DNA of 64,000 bases from a virus (Duplodnaviria > Caudoviricetes). The notes under the pieces are model-generated. The model was given only the letters and a program-made list of their open reading frames with translations. It was not told the DNA's origin and did not search any database. Position 1 is the stretch's first letter, and the number at the start of each line of letters is the position of its first letter. The stretch lies in IMG/VR virus record IMGVR_UViG_3300025141_000018. One strand, written 5' to 3'. The translations under genes were made by a program, and so were the position numbers. Shown piece by piece: positions 37,721 through 47,381 of the stretch.

Positions 37721-39113
37721 TACATTTTGTGCTTTACCTTGGTTACATTTAAGTACTAGACCCGATGGTGCAATGCGAGTTTGTTGTACTGCAAATGCAT
37801 CATCTGTTGGTGCAACTAATGACAAGTTGTACGGAGGTAAACAAGGCGAACTACGTACAGAAGACGGAACTCCCGCAAATTTAAACAACTCTGATTTCTT
37901 ATCAGCCTGGAACAATACGTATATGAAAAATGTGCGTAAACAAATGATGAATGGTAAGGAACCGCCTAGTTGTCATAAGTGCTTTAAAGAAGAACGTGCA
38001 GGACACAATTCTAAACGTATGTGGGAAACACGTTATTGGGCAGACTACGGATATACTAAAGAAAAGTTAATAACAGAAACAAGTGTTGACGGAGAAATAG
38101 AACCTAAAGTACGTTATATTGATTTACGTATGGGTACAAAGTGTCAACTGGCTTGTGTTATGTGTTCACCACATGATTCTAGTGGATGGATTAAAGAATG
38201 GATAGACATACATGACGAATGGACAATACCTGAATTAAAAGAAATTAATCAGTGGCATGGCGGCGGTAAAGATGAATGGGGTGCAACATATAATTGGCAT
38301 AAAGATAATCCTGTATTTTGGGAACAACTATATAGTCAAATTCCACACATGGAACAATTATATTTTGCAGGTGGCGAAAGTACTATTATAGACGAGCATT
38401 ATGAATTACTTGACAAAGTGATAGAAATGGGTTATAATAGTAAGATAGAGTTGCGATACAATAGCAACGGCATAGAGCTCCCCGATCGTTTATTAGAATT
38501 ATGGAAACAATTTAGAAAAGTTAGATTCCATTATTCAGTAGATGCAGTAGGTAAACAAAACGATTTTATACGTTACCCTAGCGAGTGGAGTCATACAGAA
38601 AAACAATTTTGGCGTTTAAATAACGACACATCAAACAACGTGGAGGTAACCGTTGCATGTGCAGTAAATGCACTCAACATATATTACATCCCTGATTTTT
38701 TAAAATGGAAACTTGAGCAAGGTTTTACAAAAATTAATATGTGGCCATTCGGGGCAGGTGGTATTAATTATCATTTTGTATATTGGCCTGCTTATCTTAA
38801 TGTTAAAGCATTACCTAACAACTTTAAAGAACTTTGTGAAAAGAAATACGAAGAGTTTTATCCATGGTGGGAAGCAAATTGGGAAAAAGGCGTTCCTATA
38901 TGGCACAAAAATAAAGTTGATTACGATAAATGGCGTGACGCAGGATACGGAATTAAACGATTACAAGGAATGATTAAGTTTATGAAATCAGAAGACTGGT
39001 CTATTCGTGTTCCACAATTTAAACAATATATTGATTCGTTAGCAAAGCATAGAAATATGCCGTTTAACGAATATTTTCCGGAGATGTACGATGCCATTTA
39101 TATCAACTCTTGA
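37713..39113 (+). CDS. Radical SAM protein with N-terminal twitch-like domain
   Basis: FCALPW...VCC...CHKC; DLRMGTKCQLACVMC; FAGGES; RYPSEW. Confidence 0.9.
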   Translation: MTDTFCALPWLHLSTRPDGAMRVCCTANASSVGATNDKLYGGKQGELRTEDGTPANLNNSDFLSAWNNTYMKNVRKQMMNGKEPPSCHKCFKEERAGHNSKRMWETRYWADYGYTKEKLITETSVDGEIEPKVRYIDLRMGTKCQLACVMCSPHDSSGWIKEWIDIHDEWTIPELKEINQWHGGGKDEWGATYNWHKDNPVFWEQLYSQIPHMEQLYFAGGESTIIDEHYELLDKVIEMGYNSKIELRYNSNGIELPDRLLELWKQFRKVRFHYSVDAVGKQNDFIRYPSEWSHTEKQFWRLNNDTSNNVEVTVACAVNALNIYYIPDFLKWKLEQGFTKINMWPFGAGGINYHFVYWPAYLNVKALPNNFKELCEKKYEEFYPWWEANWEKGVPIWHKNKVDYDKWRDAGYGIKRLQGMIKFMKSEDWSIRVPQFKQYIDSLAKHRNMPFNEYFPEMYDAIYINS

Positions 39114-39786
39114 ACGAGATGTTATATATCCACATGCTACCTATCTAGATTATATAGATCCAGACTTTGCACTACAACAAGCAAAATGGATTAGAAAACA
39201 TTTTGATCCATATCCCCTTAGTACTGCCTACGACAAGAAAGCCGGGCGATTCTATTCAAATTATAAGAATTATTTTTTCCATAAAACATCTAGCATACCA
39301 TTAATTCAACAATACGTAAAGATATTAACTAGGCATAAAGATGTATTTGAGAAACTATATAATAGGCCTATGCAAATAGATTGGGTTTATCTTGCCTACA
39401 CCGAAGATAGTAGCAAGGAAATGGGCACTAATCATTATGATTCGGAAGTGTTTTGGGACGGACAATTTCATTGTACAATACAAGGTAATTCTAATATAGT
39501 AATGTATGACAATACTCTTGAAAACTTAATAACTTGTAAAAACGGAACTATCTGGTATCTTAATGCAACAGAATACATACATAAAATTAAACCATCACAC
39601 GGGGAACGATTTGAACTTAATGTACCTAACAATTTAAATCCAAAAATAATAAAATTACGTAACGAAATGATAGGTGTACATGGGCAATTAGATCATACTC
39701 ATAGAAATGCAAAGATTTTACATCGATGGAGTAAGCAAGTAATATCACAAAAACACACAGAGGATGGGCCAGTTGCAGAGCAATGA
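39091..39786 (+). CDS. Cupin/Fe(II)-2OG oxygenase-like protein
   Basis: NHYD...G.IWYLNA...HKI...RFEL. Confidence 0.5.
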   Translation: MPFISTLERDVIYPHATYLDYIDPDFALQQAKWIRKHFDPYPLSTAYDKKAGRFYSNYKNYFFHKTSSIPLIQQYVKILTRHKDVFEKLYNRPMQIDWVYLAYTEDSSKEMGTNHYDSEVFWDGQFHCTIQGNSNIVMYDNTLENLITCKNGTIWYLNATEYIHKIKPSHGERFELNVPNNLNPKIIKLRNEMIGVHGQLDHTHRNAKILHRWSKQVISQKHTEDGPVAEQ

Positions 39787-40900
39787 AACTATATGCATAT
39801 TGCCATGGGTGCATCATTATATATCACAAAATCATGATGTGCGGCCTTGTTGTACAGGATGGAAATTAACGTTAGGTAATATAACTAAAAATCCTTTGTC
39901 GTATGTTGATAAAGATATACCGATGCAAACATTACGACAACAAATGCGAAATGGCATACAGCCTAACGCATGTTTAGAATGTTTTCAACGTGAGGAAGAT
40001 GGTAATAGAAGTCCACGCCAAGAATTTAATCAATTATATCAAGAAGAACTTACAAAGGTTTTACATAATAAACCTGTAAAGAAAAAGTATTTGGAAGTAA
40101 ATTTTAGTAATTTATGTAATGCTAGATGTAAATCTTGTTCTCCATTAAACAGTACACAATGGTATGAGACTGCTAGAAAATTAAAGGGTTGGGAATATTA
40201 TGATGATCAAGGAAAGTTACCACACAAAGTTGATTGGGATAAAATAGATATTGATTGGCAAGAATTAGATTTAATAAAAATATTAGGTGGTGAGCCATTT
40301 ATGCATCCCGATAATGAAAAAATTATACAACGTATTTTTGATAAAGGACAGCCCGAAAAATGTAGTTTAGAAGTGTTTACTAATGCAAGTATATTTCCAG
40401 ATAATAATATAATTGAAGCATTAAAAAGATTTAAACATGTTGAAATAAATTTAAGTATTGATGGACTAAGAGAAACGTACGAATATATAAGAACTGGACT
40501 AAACTTTAATAAAGTATTAGAAGTAATTGCAAAATGGAACGAAGTAGATATACCTAATAAACGATTAGGGTTTCAAATGTTAGTGCAAGTTGATAATATT
40601 TTACAAGTAACAGAATATGATAAATTTTTTAAAGAATTTGTAAACTATAATGGTAACACAGAAAAAAGTTATATGCATTATAGTATTTTAACTAATCCTA
40701 TATGGCTTCGTCCTAGGAATGCTTTTGATAATAATAAAGTAAAAGCGATTAAATATTTAGATACATATATGGAAACCGCAGAGGGTTTACATAAAAGAGA
40801 TTATGCTAAATTTAAAACAATTATAAAAGAATTACAACAACCTGCAGAAGATAGATATAAATTAGAACAATTTAATAAAATATTCAATGGAACACCCTAA
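39764..40900 (+). CDS. Radical SAM protein with N-terminal twitch-like domain
   Basis: ICILPW...PCC...CLEC; SNLCNARCKSC; LGGEP. Confidence 0.9.
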   Translation: MGQLQSNETICILPWVHHYISQNHDVRPCCTGWKLTLGNITKNPLSYVDKDIPMQTLRQQMRNGIQPNACLECFQREEDGNRSPRQEFNQLYQEELTKVLHNKPVKKKYLEVNFSNLCNARCKSCSPLNSTQWYETARKLKGWEYYDDQGKLPHKVDWDKIDIDWQELDLIKILGGEPFMHPDNEKIIQRIFDKGQPEKCSLEVFTNASIFPDNNIIEALKRFKHVEINLSIDGLRETYEYIRTGLNFNKVLEVIAKWNEVDIPNKRLGFQMLVQVDNILQVTEYDKFFKEFVNYNGNTEKSYMHYSILTNPIWLRPRNAFDNNKVKAIKYLDTYMETAEGLHKRDYAKFKTIIKELQQPAEDRYKLEQFNKIFNGTP

Positions 40901-42197
40901 ACCAGAAGATGGCAATATAGTAGCAAAACATTTTTGTGCATTGCCGTTTACACAATTTAGTACATTTAATCATGGACGACATAGACTATGTTGTATGGCA
41001 CAAGAGCCTGAAGTAGATAACCCTACAGATGATTTAGAAACTGTATGGAATGGCGATTACATGAAAAATGTACGTAAACGAATGCATGCCGGGGAAGCAT
41101 TAAAAGAATGTAGAGATTGTTATGACCTGGAACGCCAAGGTATTATGAGCGACAGGCAATGGGAAAATATCCAAAATAAAGATATAGTTGAAAAGGAAAT
41201 CGAAACATGGAAACAAAACAATTACAACATAGAGGCACCGATAATATACGATTTACGTCTAGGCAACAGGTGCAATCTCTCATGTTCTATGTGCAGTGGC
41301 ATTCACAGTCACTTAGTACATGTAGAACGTTCAAAGATGGTAGCAGGCGGTAAAGGATTTTTTAAAGGACATCGCCCGTATGTTTATGGCGAAGCATTAA
41401 CTGGTAAAGTGTATTCTAAAAAGGAAGCATTACTAGCAAGTTCAGTAGATTGGGATTATATATTAAACAATACTGCCCTTGTAAAACAAATAAAACTTAT
41501 TGGTGGCGAACCCACTATTAGTGAAGACTTATTTACATTAATGGATGCTTGTGTTGAACGTGATCATGCAAAAAATATTGAGTTACAATTTTTTACTAAT
41601 GCAACAAACTTTACAGACAGTTTCTTAGATAACTTAACAAAATTTAAAGGTACTAAAATCACAACCAGTATTGATGGGTGGGGTGAAATGAATGATTACA
41701 TTCGTTATCCTAGTAAATGGGATCACTTATGGGAAAACTTTACTAAGTTAGTTGATGTAAGTAGCAAACATAAAAAGGTTAAGGTACGTCTTAGTACTGT
41801 ATCACAAATTACTAATATGTGGCACATGACTGAGTTTTATAAAAAACTATTTGAGTTCCAAGAAAGTACGCCTGTAAGAATTGGATTAAGTTCAAATCAA
41901 TTAGTTGATCCGGCTTATTATAATGTTAGATACGCACCCGAATTTATGAAAGAACATGCTCGTGGTACATTACGTGGATTTTTAAATAATATTAAAGGAT
42001 CATATTGGTACGAAGAAACATTTAAAGAACCAGTTGAAGATATAATTAAATGGATGGAGCCAGAGAATCACATTGAAGATAAAGAAATATTATCAAAACA
42101 TATCCATGTTACAGAAGATTATGATACGTTTCGTAAAGTAAATGTACGTACAGTATTTCCTGGATATGATTATATTAAATCATATATTGGCTTGTAA
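40887..42197 (+). CDS. Radical SAM protein with N-terminal twitch-like domain
   Basis: FCALPF...LCC...CRDC; DLRLGNRCNLSCSMC; IGGEP; RYPSKW. Confidence 0.9.
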   Translation: MEHPKPEDGNIVAKHFCALPFTQFSTFNHGRHRLCCMAQEPEVDNPTDDLETVWNGDYMKNVRKRMHAGEALKECRDCYDLERQGIMSDRQWENIQNKDIVEKEIETWKQNNYNIEAPIIYDLRLGNRCNLSCSMCSGIHSHLVHVERSKMVAGGKGFFKGHRPYVYGEALTGKVYSKKEALLASSVDWDYILNNTALVKQIKLIGGEPTISEDLFTLMDACVERDHAKNIELQFFTNATNFTDSFLDNLTKFKGTKITTSIDGWGEMNDYIRYPSKWDHLWENFTKLVDVSSKHKKVKVRLSTVSQITNMWHMTEFYKKLFEFQESTPVRIGLSSNQLVDPAYYNVRYAPEFMKEHARGTLRGFLNNIKGSYWYEETFKEPVEDIIKWMEPENHIEDKEILSKHIHVTEDYDTFRKVNVRTVFPGYDYIKSYIGL

Positions 42198-43007
42198 TTC
42201 CCTAACAAGTGTAGGAATTGTATTGCTAGTAGATGTCATTGTTTTTAAATAGATATCCATTTCCCACATTTGACATTTTTCTCCCCATACGACAGAATGA
42301 TTCATTACGTTAGAATTAAATATCCAAATTGATTTAGGTGGAAATGTTGCAAATGTTACTGGCAACCCAGCATAGTCATTCTCCCCGTTCCATATTACTT
42401 CGTTCCTTAATTCAAAAATAAAGTCGTGTATGTTCATGTCTTTATATCTTACTTTATCTTCAACACGATTGAATAAATGATTAATATGCTCTCCGACTGT
42501 GAGTGTCCTAGGTTTATGACTAAGATTCATTGACATCCTTAATTGATGCTCGGTTCCGGTATGATCACCGTCAAGTAAATCTAAATGCTGTCTATTATAT
42601 ACAAGTGTATTGTATCTATGACTTAAAACTTCATTGTTACCTTCGTAATTAGGAAATAATTGTTTTTGAAAACTTAACCATGCTTGATGGGTACGCCTAT
42701 GCATTTTGCGAAAAGTAGTTGTATGTTCTTCGTCTAAATCTAAATCGCGAAATAATCTATGACGCTCGGACCATTCTTCTTTTAGTACTTCGTGTGCAAA
42801 CATTGGTGGTTCCCATCTGTTATTTTTAGTAAAATATGTTGGAATTGTATCCATCCAATATTCATATGGAAACCCAGGAATAGTAACGCCATCTAAAACG
42901 ATAAGATCATTACGTTCAAATGGCTCAGTTAAATCTTCGATTTTATTTTTAACTACTATATTGTACCCACGATACTCGGGGGCAAGTGCTAATAATGTAT
43001 TTTTCAT
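42180..43007 (-). CDS. Kdo hydroxylase (KdoO)-like Fe(II) oxygenase, inverted orientation
   Basis: HLD......E.QLRMSMNL...PR...VGE and FPPKSIWIF....NHSV..G parallel recalled KdoO-family motifs (HVD...ILRVFTN...PR.WRVGE; FPPG.TW....HA...G). Confidence 0.55.
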   Translation of the reverse strand: MKNTLLALAPEYRGYNIVVKNKIEDLTEPFERNDLIVLDGVTIPGFPYEYWMDTIPTYFTKNNRWEPPMFAHEVLKEEWSERHRLFRDLDLDEEHTTTFRKMHRRTHQAWLSFQKQLFPNYEGNNEVLSHRYNTLVYNRQHLDLLDGDHTGTEHQLRMSMNLSHKPRTLTVGEHINHLFNRVEDKVRYKDMNIHDFIFELRNEVIWNGENDYAGLPVTFATFPPKSIWIFNSNVMNHSVVWGEKCQMWEMDIYLKTMTSTSNTIPTLVRELQANI

Positions 43008-43068
43008 GATGATAAATATTTGTAGGTTACAACTCTATTTATTAATCAAACAACTAATAAAATTACAC
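43008..43068. promoter_or_regulatory. Divergent intergenic region with late-promoter-like boxes on both strands
   Basis: GATAAATA (+) at 43011-43018 and AATAAATA (-) at 43036-43043, each 7/8 to TATAAATA. Confidence 0.35.
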
Positions 43069-43887
43069 ATGGACAAATATTTTAAAGACGACAAACTTAC
43101 TGTCGCCTGTGTCGGTACTCAGCATACATATGGTATGAGTTATCCAGACGGTGAGTATCCTTATGAAAAAACATGGCCCGGGCAGTTAGCAGAAAAAACA
43201 GGACATAATGTTTTAAACTTTGGTGTTACTGGTTCAAGTATTACTCCGTTTGGTGAACGTATACTAAGAATTCAAGATATGTATAAACCGGATGCATGGA
43301 TACTAGAAGTACCCATGGGTGAAAAAATAACAATAGGATACGAAGAACCTGATGAAATAGAGAAAGATAGTCAGTTATTCACACATACACGAGTACAAGG
43401 TCCTGATTGGGAATTAGGATCTAATAGTAAAGATTGCAGAATTAATTTTGGGCGAGGCGAATTAGAAAGCCGCGAAGATATACAATATCTCCAAGAAGAA
43501 AAGTTTAATTTAATTACAAGTAAATGGAAAACAATAACACAAGAAGATTTAATGGGCTGGGCAAAAGTATTTGCATGGCAAGTAGATAGGAATATGCATC
43601 ACATAAGATATACACAAGAAGTATTCTGTATACAATGCATAATGGAATCTTTTGATAAACCATTTATGATGTTTCAATGGAATTGGAACATGTTTAAATC
43701 TCCATTCGTAGAATTATTAAATAAAGAATATTGGTTAAACAGATCATATACAGGTAACATGAAGAATCAGTTACGAAAAACACGACCGGATTTTTGGGCA
43801 GATACACAGCATCTAAACGAAGCCGGCATGGACTACATAGCAACGCAGATTTACAATGACTTTGACAGAATTATGGCAAGAAAGTAA
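43069..43887 (+). CDS. SGNH-like protein
   Basis: ACVGTQHTYG (Ser replaced), TWPG.LA, NFGVTGSS, DTQHLNEAG; the start at 43069 avoids overlap with the divergent gene. Confidence 0.55.
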   Translation: MDKYFKDDKLTVACVGTQHTYGMSYPDGEYPYEKTWPGQLAEKTGHNVLNFGVTGSSITPFGERILRIQDMYKPDAWILEVPMGEKITIGYEEPDEIEKDSQLFTHTRVQGPDWELGSNSKDCRINFGRGELESREDIQYLQEEKFNLITSKWKTITQEDLMGWAKVFAWQVDRNMHHIRYTQEVFCIQCIMESFDKPFMMFQWNWNMFKSPFVELLNKEYWLNRSYTGNMKNQLRKTRPDFWADTQHLNEAGMDYIATQIYNDFDRIMARK

Positions 43888-44452
43888 CACATACACAGAA
43901 CCATTTAAACATGTTACTATTAACAACATTTTTCCTAGTAATATTTTACAAGAAATCACAAAAAATTTGCCGAACGATAGTAAAACACCAGTAGCAGATT
44001 ATTACCCATACGGCAAAGTATATGCTATGGGAGTAGATGATTGTGTTAGTAATAAATTTTGGTCAGGTGTGCATAGATTTTTTAATAGTACGAATGTCTT
44101 AGAATTCGTCGAAAATAAACTTGATTTAAATTTTAAACTTAAAGAAGCAAATTTAAGTATACATTATGATTACAAAGGGGAACAACTAGGTCCTCATGTT
44201 GATGCTTTACACACACTAGTTATTTTTTTATCAGAAGTCGATGATCCAATGGCATCTGGAACAGACTATTATGTAAGACAACATAGCGATTGGAAAGATA
44301 ATGAAATTGCAAAATGGAGTCTTTTTTCACTTTTTAAAACAATACCTGCAATTCTAAATACTGGTCATTTATTTGAACCAGCAGAAAATTCATGGCATGG
44401 ATTTTATAATTTAGGAGAAGATAGGACAGGTCTAATAATGAGGTTTAAATGA
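43856..44452 (+). CDS. Fe(II)/2OG-dependent oxygenase
   Basis: EPFKH..INNIFP, PHVD, GTDYY, SWHGF, RTGL. Confidence 0.72.
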   Translation: MTLTELWQESNTYTEPFKHVTINNIFPSNILQEITKNLPNDSKTPVADYYPYGKVYAMGVDDCVSNKFWSGVHRFFNSTNVLEFVENKLDLNFKLKEANLSIHYDYKGEQLGPHVDALHTLVIFLSEVDDPMASGTDYYVRQHSDWKDNEIAKWSLFSLFKTIPAILNTGHLFEPAENSWHGFYNLGEDRTGLIMRFK

Positions 44453-45498
44453 AAATAAATTGTTATACAGAATGGGGTAAATTACGTGAAGTTCTTGTAG
44501 GATCTACATATCCTGCAAATGCGTTTGATTATCATAAAGACAAAGAGTTTCGTGAAAACATGAAACGTATATTAACTGAAACACAAGAAGACTTAGATAT
44601 ATTAGCAACGGTGCTATCAACTGAATTCGATGTTACAGTACGTAGGCCCGACAATACTCTTTTTAAAGTAGGGCAAGAATATACTAATGGACATTTTAAT
44701 TTTTCTTATCCTAATCATCCATTAATGCCTAGAGATACTATTGGTGCATTTGGCGATACAATAGTGCAAACATATACAAATACAGATAGTAGATATTTTG
44801 AAAATAATTGTTGGTACAATGATTGTATAAGGTATTTTAATGAAGGTAGCAAATGGATTAGTTTACCTGCACCAAACATAATTCCGGGCGTACAATATAA
44901 AGAAGAACTTGTTTCTCCTCAAGCATTTCAGCATACTGCTAATTTTATTAAGTGTGGTAACGATATATTTTACAGTTTACCGGGTGATATTGATTTTGAT
45001 AGAGGCAAAGGTACAACGGCAGGTTTGAGTTGGTTTAAAAGACATTTACCTGAATTCGACTTTCATGCAATAAATGTTGGCGGACACGCTGATGGAAAAA
45101 TTGCTTTGTTACGTCCTGGCTTATTAATGACATGGAATAAAGGTTGGGTACCTGAAAAGTTACAATCGTGGGAAATAATTGAAATAGAAGACAACGCAAA
45201 GTTTCCAGACGATTTTGTTAAAACAAAAAAGAAACGTTATTATGGAGACTACGTTAAAAAGTATCTTACCAATTGGATAGGATATGCAGACGAGTCTGTG
45301 TTTGATGTAAATGTTTTAAGTGTAGACGAGCAACGTGTGATTGTTACAGGCAATGATCCTAAAATATTAAGACAACTAGAAAGTTACGGACTTACACCTG
45401 TATATTGGAAATTTAGGCATCAATATTTTTGGGACGGTGGCATACATTGTGTTACTGCTGATATGGTAAGAGATGGAGAGCAGGAAACATATTGCTAA
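44449..45498 (+). CDS. Amidinotransferase (glycine / scyllo-inosamine-phosphate amidinotransferase family)
   Basis: YTEW..LREVLVG, MPRD, HADG...LRPGL, NVLS.D, GGIHC (catalytic Asp/His/Cys pattern). Confidence 0.88.
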   Translation: MKINCYTEWGKLREVLVGSTYPANAFDYHKDKEFRENMKRILTETQEDLDILATVLSTEFDVTVRRPDNTLFKVGQEYTNGHFNFSYPNHPLMPRDTIGAFGDTIVQTYTNTDSRYFENNCWYNDCIRYFNEGSKWISLPAPNIIPGVQYKEELVSPQAFQHTANFIKCGNDIFYSLPGDIDFDRGKGTTAGLSWFKRHLPEFDFHAINVGGHADGKIALLRPGLLMTWNKGWVPEKLQSWEIIEIEDNAKFPDDFVKTKKKRYYGDYVKKYLTNWIGYADESVFDVNVLSVDEQRVIVTGNDPKILRQLESYGLTPVYWKFRHQYFWDGGIHCVTADMVRDGEQETYC

Positions 45499-46177
45499 AG
45501 AAACTATATTAATTTTAGGACCACAAGGAGTTGGCAATGAATGTATGGCTAACATGCTTGATGCACATCCTGAGTTACATGTTCCGGGTAGAGCAAAAGG
45601 GCAATCCGAAACAGGCAAGTTCCAGTTCCATTACATAAATGAACTAGGTGGAGTTAAATTACGATGGCAACCTCCGAAACCTAATAGCAATGAAAATACA
45701 AGACAAGTGCAACATGAAGTAGCCGTAGCAAGCCAACAAATTGTACATAGAACTTCGGATCCACCATTAATTATAAGCAGTCATCAGTTTTGGCCTTATA
45801 CCGCAGATATTTTTACAGACTTAAAAATTATTGTTATAATGCCTAGGTATTCATCATCAAACAAAAAACATTTACTAGCAAATTACATGGCAAAAAATTA
45901 CGAAACAGAGCAAGACAAGACGGACAAGAAAGGACTAAGAGGTGAAAGAGAGATAGGTAGGGGAGGAGTCAATCCATTTATGAATGGAATTAAAAAATTT
46001 TACGGAGATGCTTTGCCGTTTTTACATTGTTATGATACTTGCATTGTAATGTTTGAAGATATTTTTATGGGGCGACATTTTTATGAATATAGGGCAATAA
46101 CTAAATTTTTAAACTTAAAAGAACGCCCGGAAATATATTTTAAGTATCACAAGATGTTTAAAAATTATGGAGAATAA
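45473..46177 (+). CDS. Sulfotransferase-3/TPST-like protein with an altered PAPS loop
   Basis: ILILGPQGVGNECMANMLDAHPEL versus recalled TPST [22 protein letters not shown]; later IVMFEDI. Confidence 0.5.
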   Translation: MESRKHIAKETILILGPQGVGNECMANMLDAHPELHVPGRAKGQSETGKFQFHYINELGGVKLRWQPPKPNSNENTRQVQHEVAVASQQIVHRTSDPPLIISSHQFWPYTADIFTDLKIIVIMPRYSSSNKKHLLANYMAKNYETEQDKTDKKGLRGEREIGRGGVNPFMNGIKKFYGDALPFLHCYDTCIVMFEDIFMGRHFYEYRAITKFLNLKERPEIYFKYHKMFKNYGE

Positions 46178-47381
46178 ACCTTTTTATCACAACGAATCAA
46201 TACCTTTATGTCTTGCTCCGTGGCATGCATTAACTGTTAACTGGAATGGCAATATAAAACCTGACGTACATGCTAAAATGGTGTTAGGCAATATTAAAGA
46301 AGATTCATTAGATGATATATATAATTCAGATAACTTTCAGCGGTTAACTAAAAGTATGAAGAACCGCGAGTGGCCCAAAGGCTGCCAGAGATGCAAAGAT
46401 AAAGAAAATGTTGGCGGCAGAAGTAGGCGCACATATTTTTGGGATACATTGCCGTTAGATTTGAGGACGAATATTTCGTTCTCAAACAAGTTATCATATT
46501 TAGATATTAACACGAGCAACAAATGTAATTTAAAGTGTATCCATTGCAACGGCGAAGTTAGCACAAGTTGGATTCCTGATGAAAAAAAGTTAAATAGAGA
46601 TCATGTACATCAAAAAGAAGTATATTATCAAAGATTAACAGAAGAAGATATCGATAGATTATTTGATTGTGATGCAATTAAAGAAATTGATACTATTGCA
46701 CTTAGAGGTGGCGAACCATTAGACGAACCACTTAACCTTTATATTATAAACAAATTAGAAAAATTAGGTATTATAAACAATGTAGTTTTAGATATATCAA
46801 CTAATTTAACTATATTAAATGACAATATACTTAATTTGTTTAGCAAGTTTAGACGTGTTTTATTATATATTAGTCTAGAAGGTGTACATGATCGTTATGA
46901 ATATATACGTGGTGGTAAAAATTTTACGTTTGCTAATTTAGAAAACAATATAAAAATAATTAAACAACTTAATAATGTTGAAATATGTTATGCCTTTACA
47001 ATAATGAATTTAAATATTACAACTATTCCTGAAATATGTAATTGGCTTGTGGCCCAAGATTTATCAAATATACAATTAAGTTTTTCGAATGTAGTTGTAC
47101 GGCCCGATTACTTAAAACCTGATATATTACCTAATTCATTAAAAAGCAAAACATTACAACGATTGTCAAAACAAGATATACCTATTGAATTAATATGGCC
47201 TGTTAATAGTTTTGACATTGGAGCAGGTGCAAAATATGATACAGGGCTTTCAGATGTAATAAATATTTTAAAGAAAGATACCGAAAATCCCCAATTAATT
47301 AAACAATTAAAACAATACCTAACCAATTTAGACAAACTACGTAATACAAACTGGAAACAAACATTCCCGGAGTTTATATGA
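46167..47381 (+). CDS. Radical SAM protein with a variant N-terminal twitch-like domain
   Basis: CLAPW...IKPDV (CC absent)...CQRC; SNKCNLKCIHC; RGGEP. Confidence 0.88.
   Translation: MENKPFYHNESIPLCLAPWHALTVNWNGNIKPDVHAKMVLGNIKEDSLDDIYNSDNFQRLTKSMKNREWPKGCQRCKDKENVGGRSRRTYFWDTLPLDLRTNISFSNKLSYLDINTSNKCNLKCIHCNGEVSTSWIPDEKKLNRDHVHQKEVYYQRLTEEDIDRLFDCDAIKEIDTIALRGGEPLDEPLNLYIINKLEKLGIINNVVLDISTNLTILNDNILNLFSKFRRVLLYISLEGVHDRYEYIRGGKNFTFANLENNIKIIKQLNNVEICYAFTIMNLNITTIPEICNWLVAQDLSNIQLSFSNVVVRPDYLKPDILPNSLKSKTLQRLSKQDIPIELIWPVNSFDIGAGAKYDTGLSDVINILKKDTENPQLIKQLKQYLTNLDKLRNTNWKQTFPEFI

Noticed and set aside
34358-43068. Longest-ORF starts at 34358, 35478 and 42961 (also 4627, 6113, 31419, 52062)
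   Set aside because: They create long overlaps into neighbouring genes; downstream ATGs fit paralog alignments, SD motifs or coupling better.
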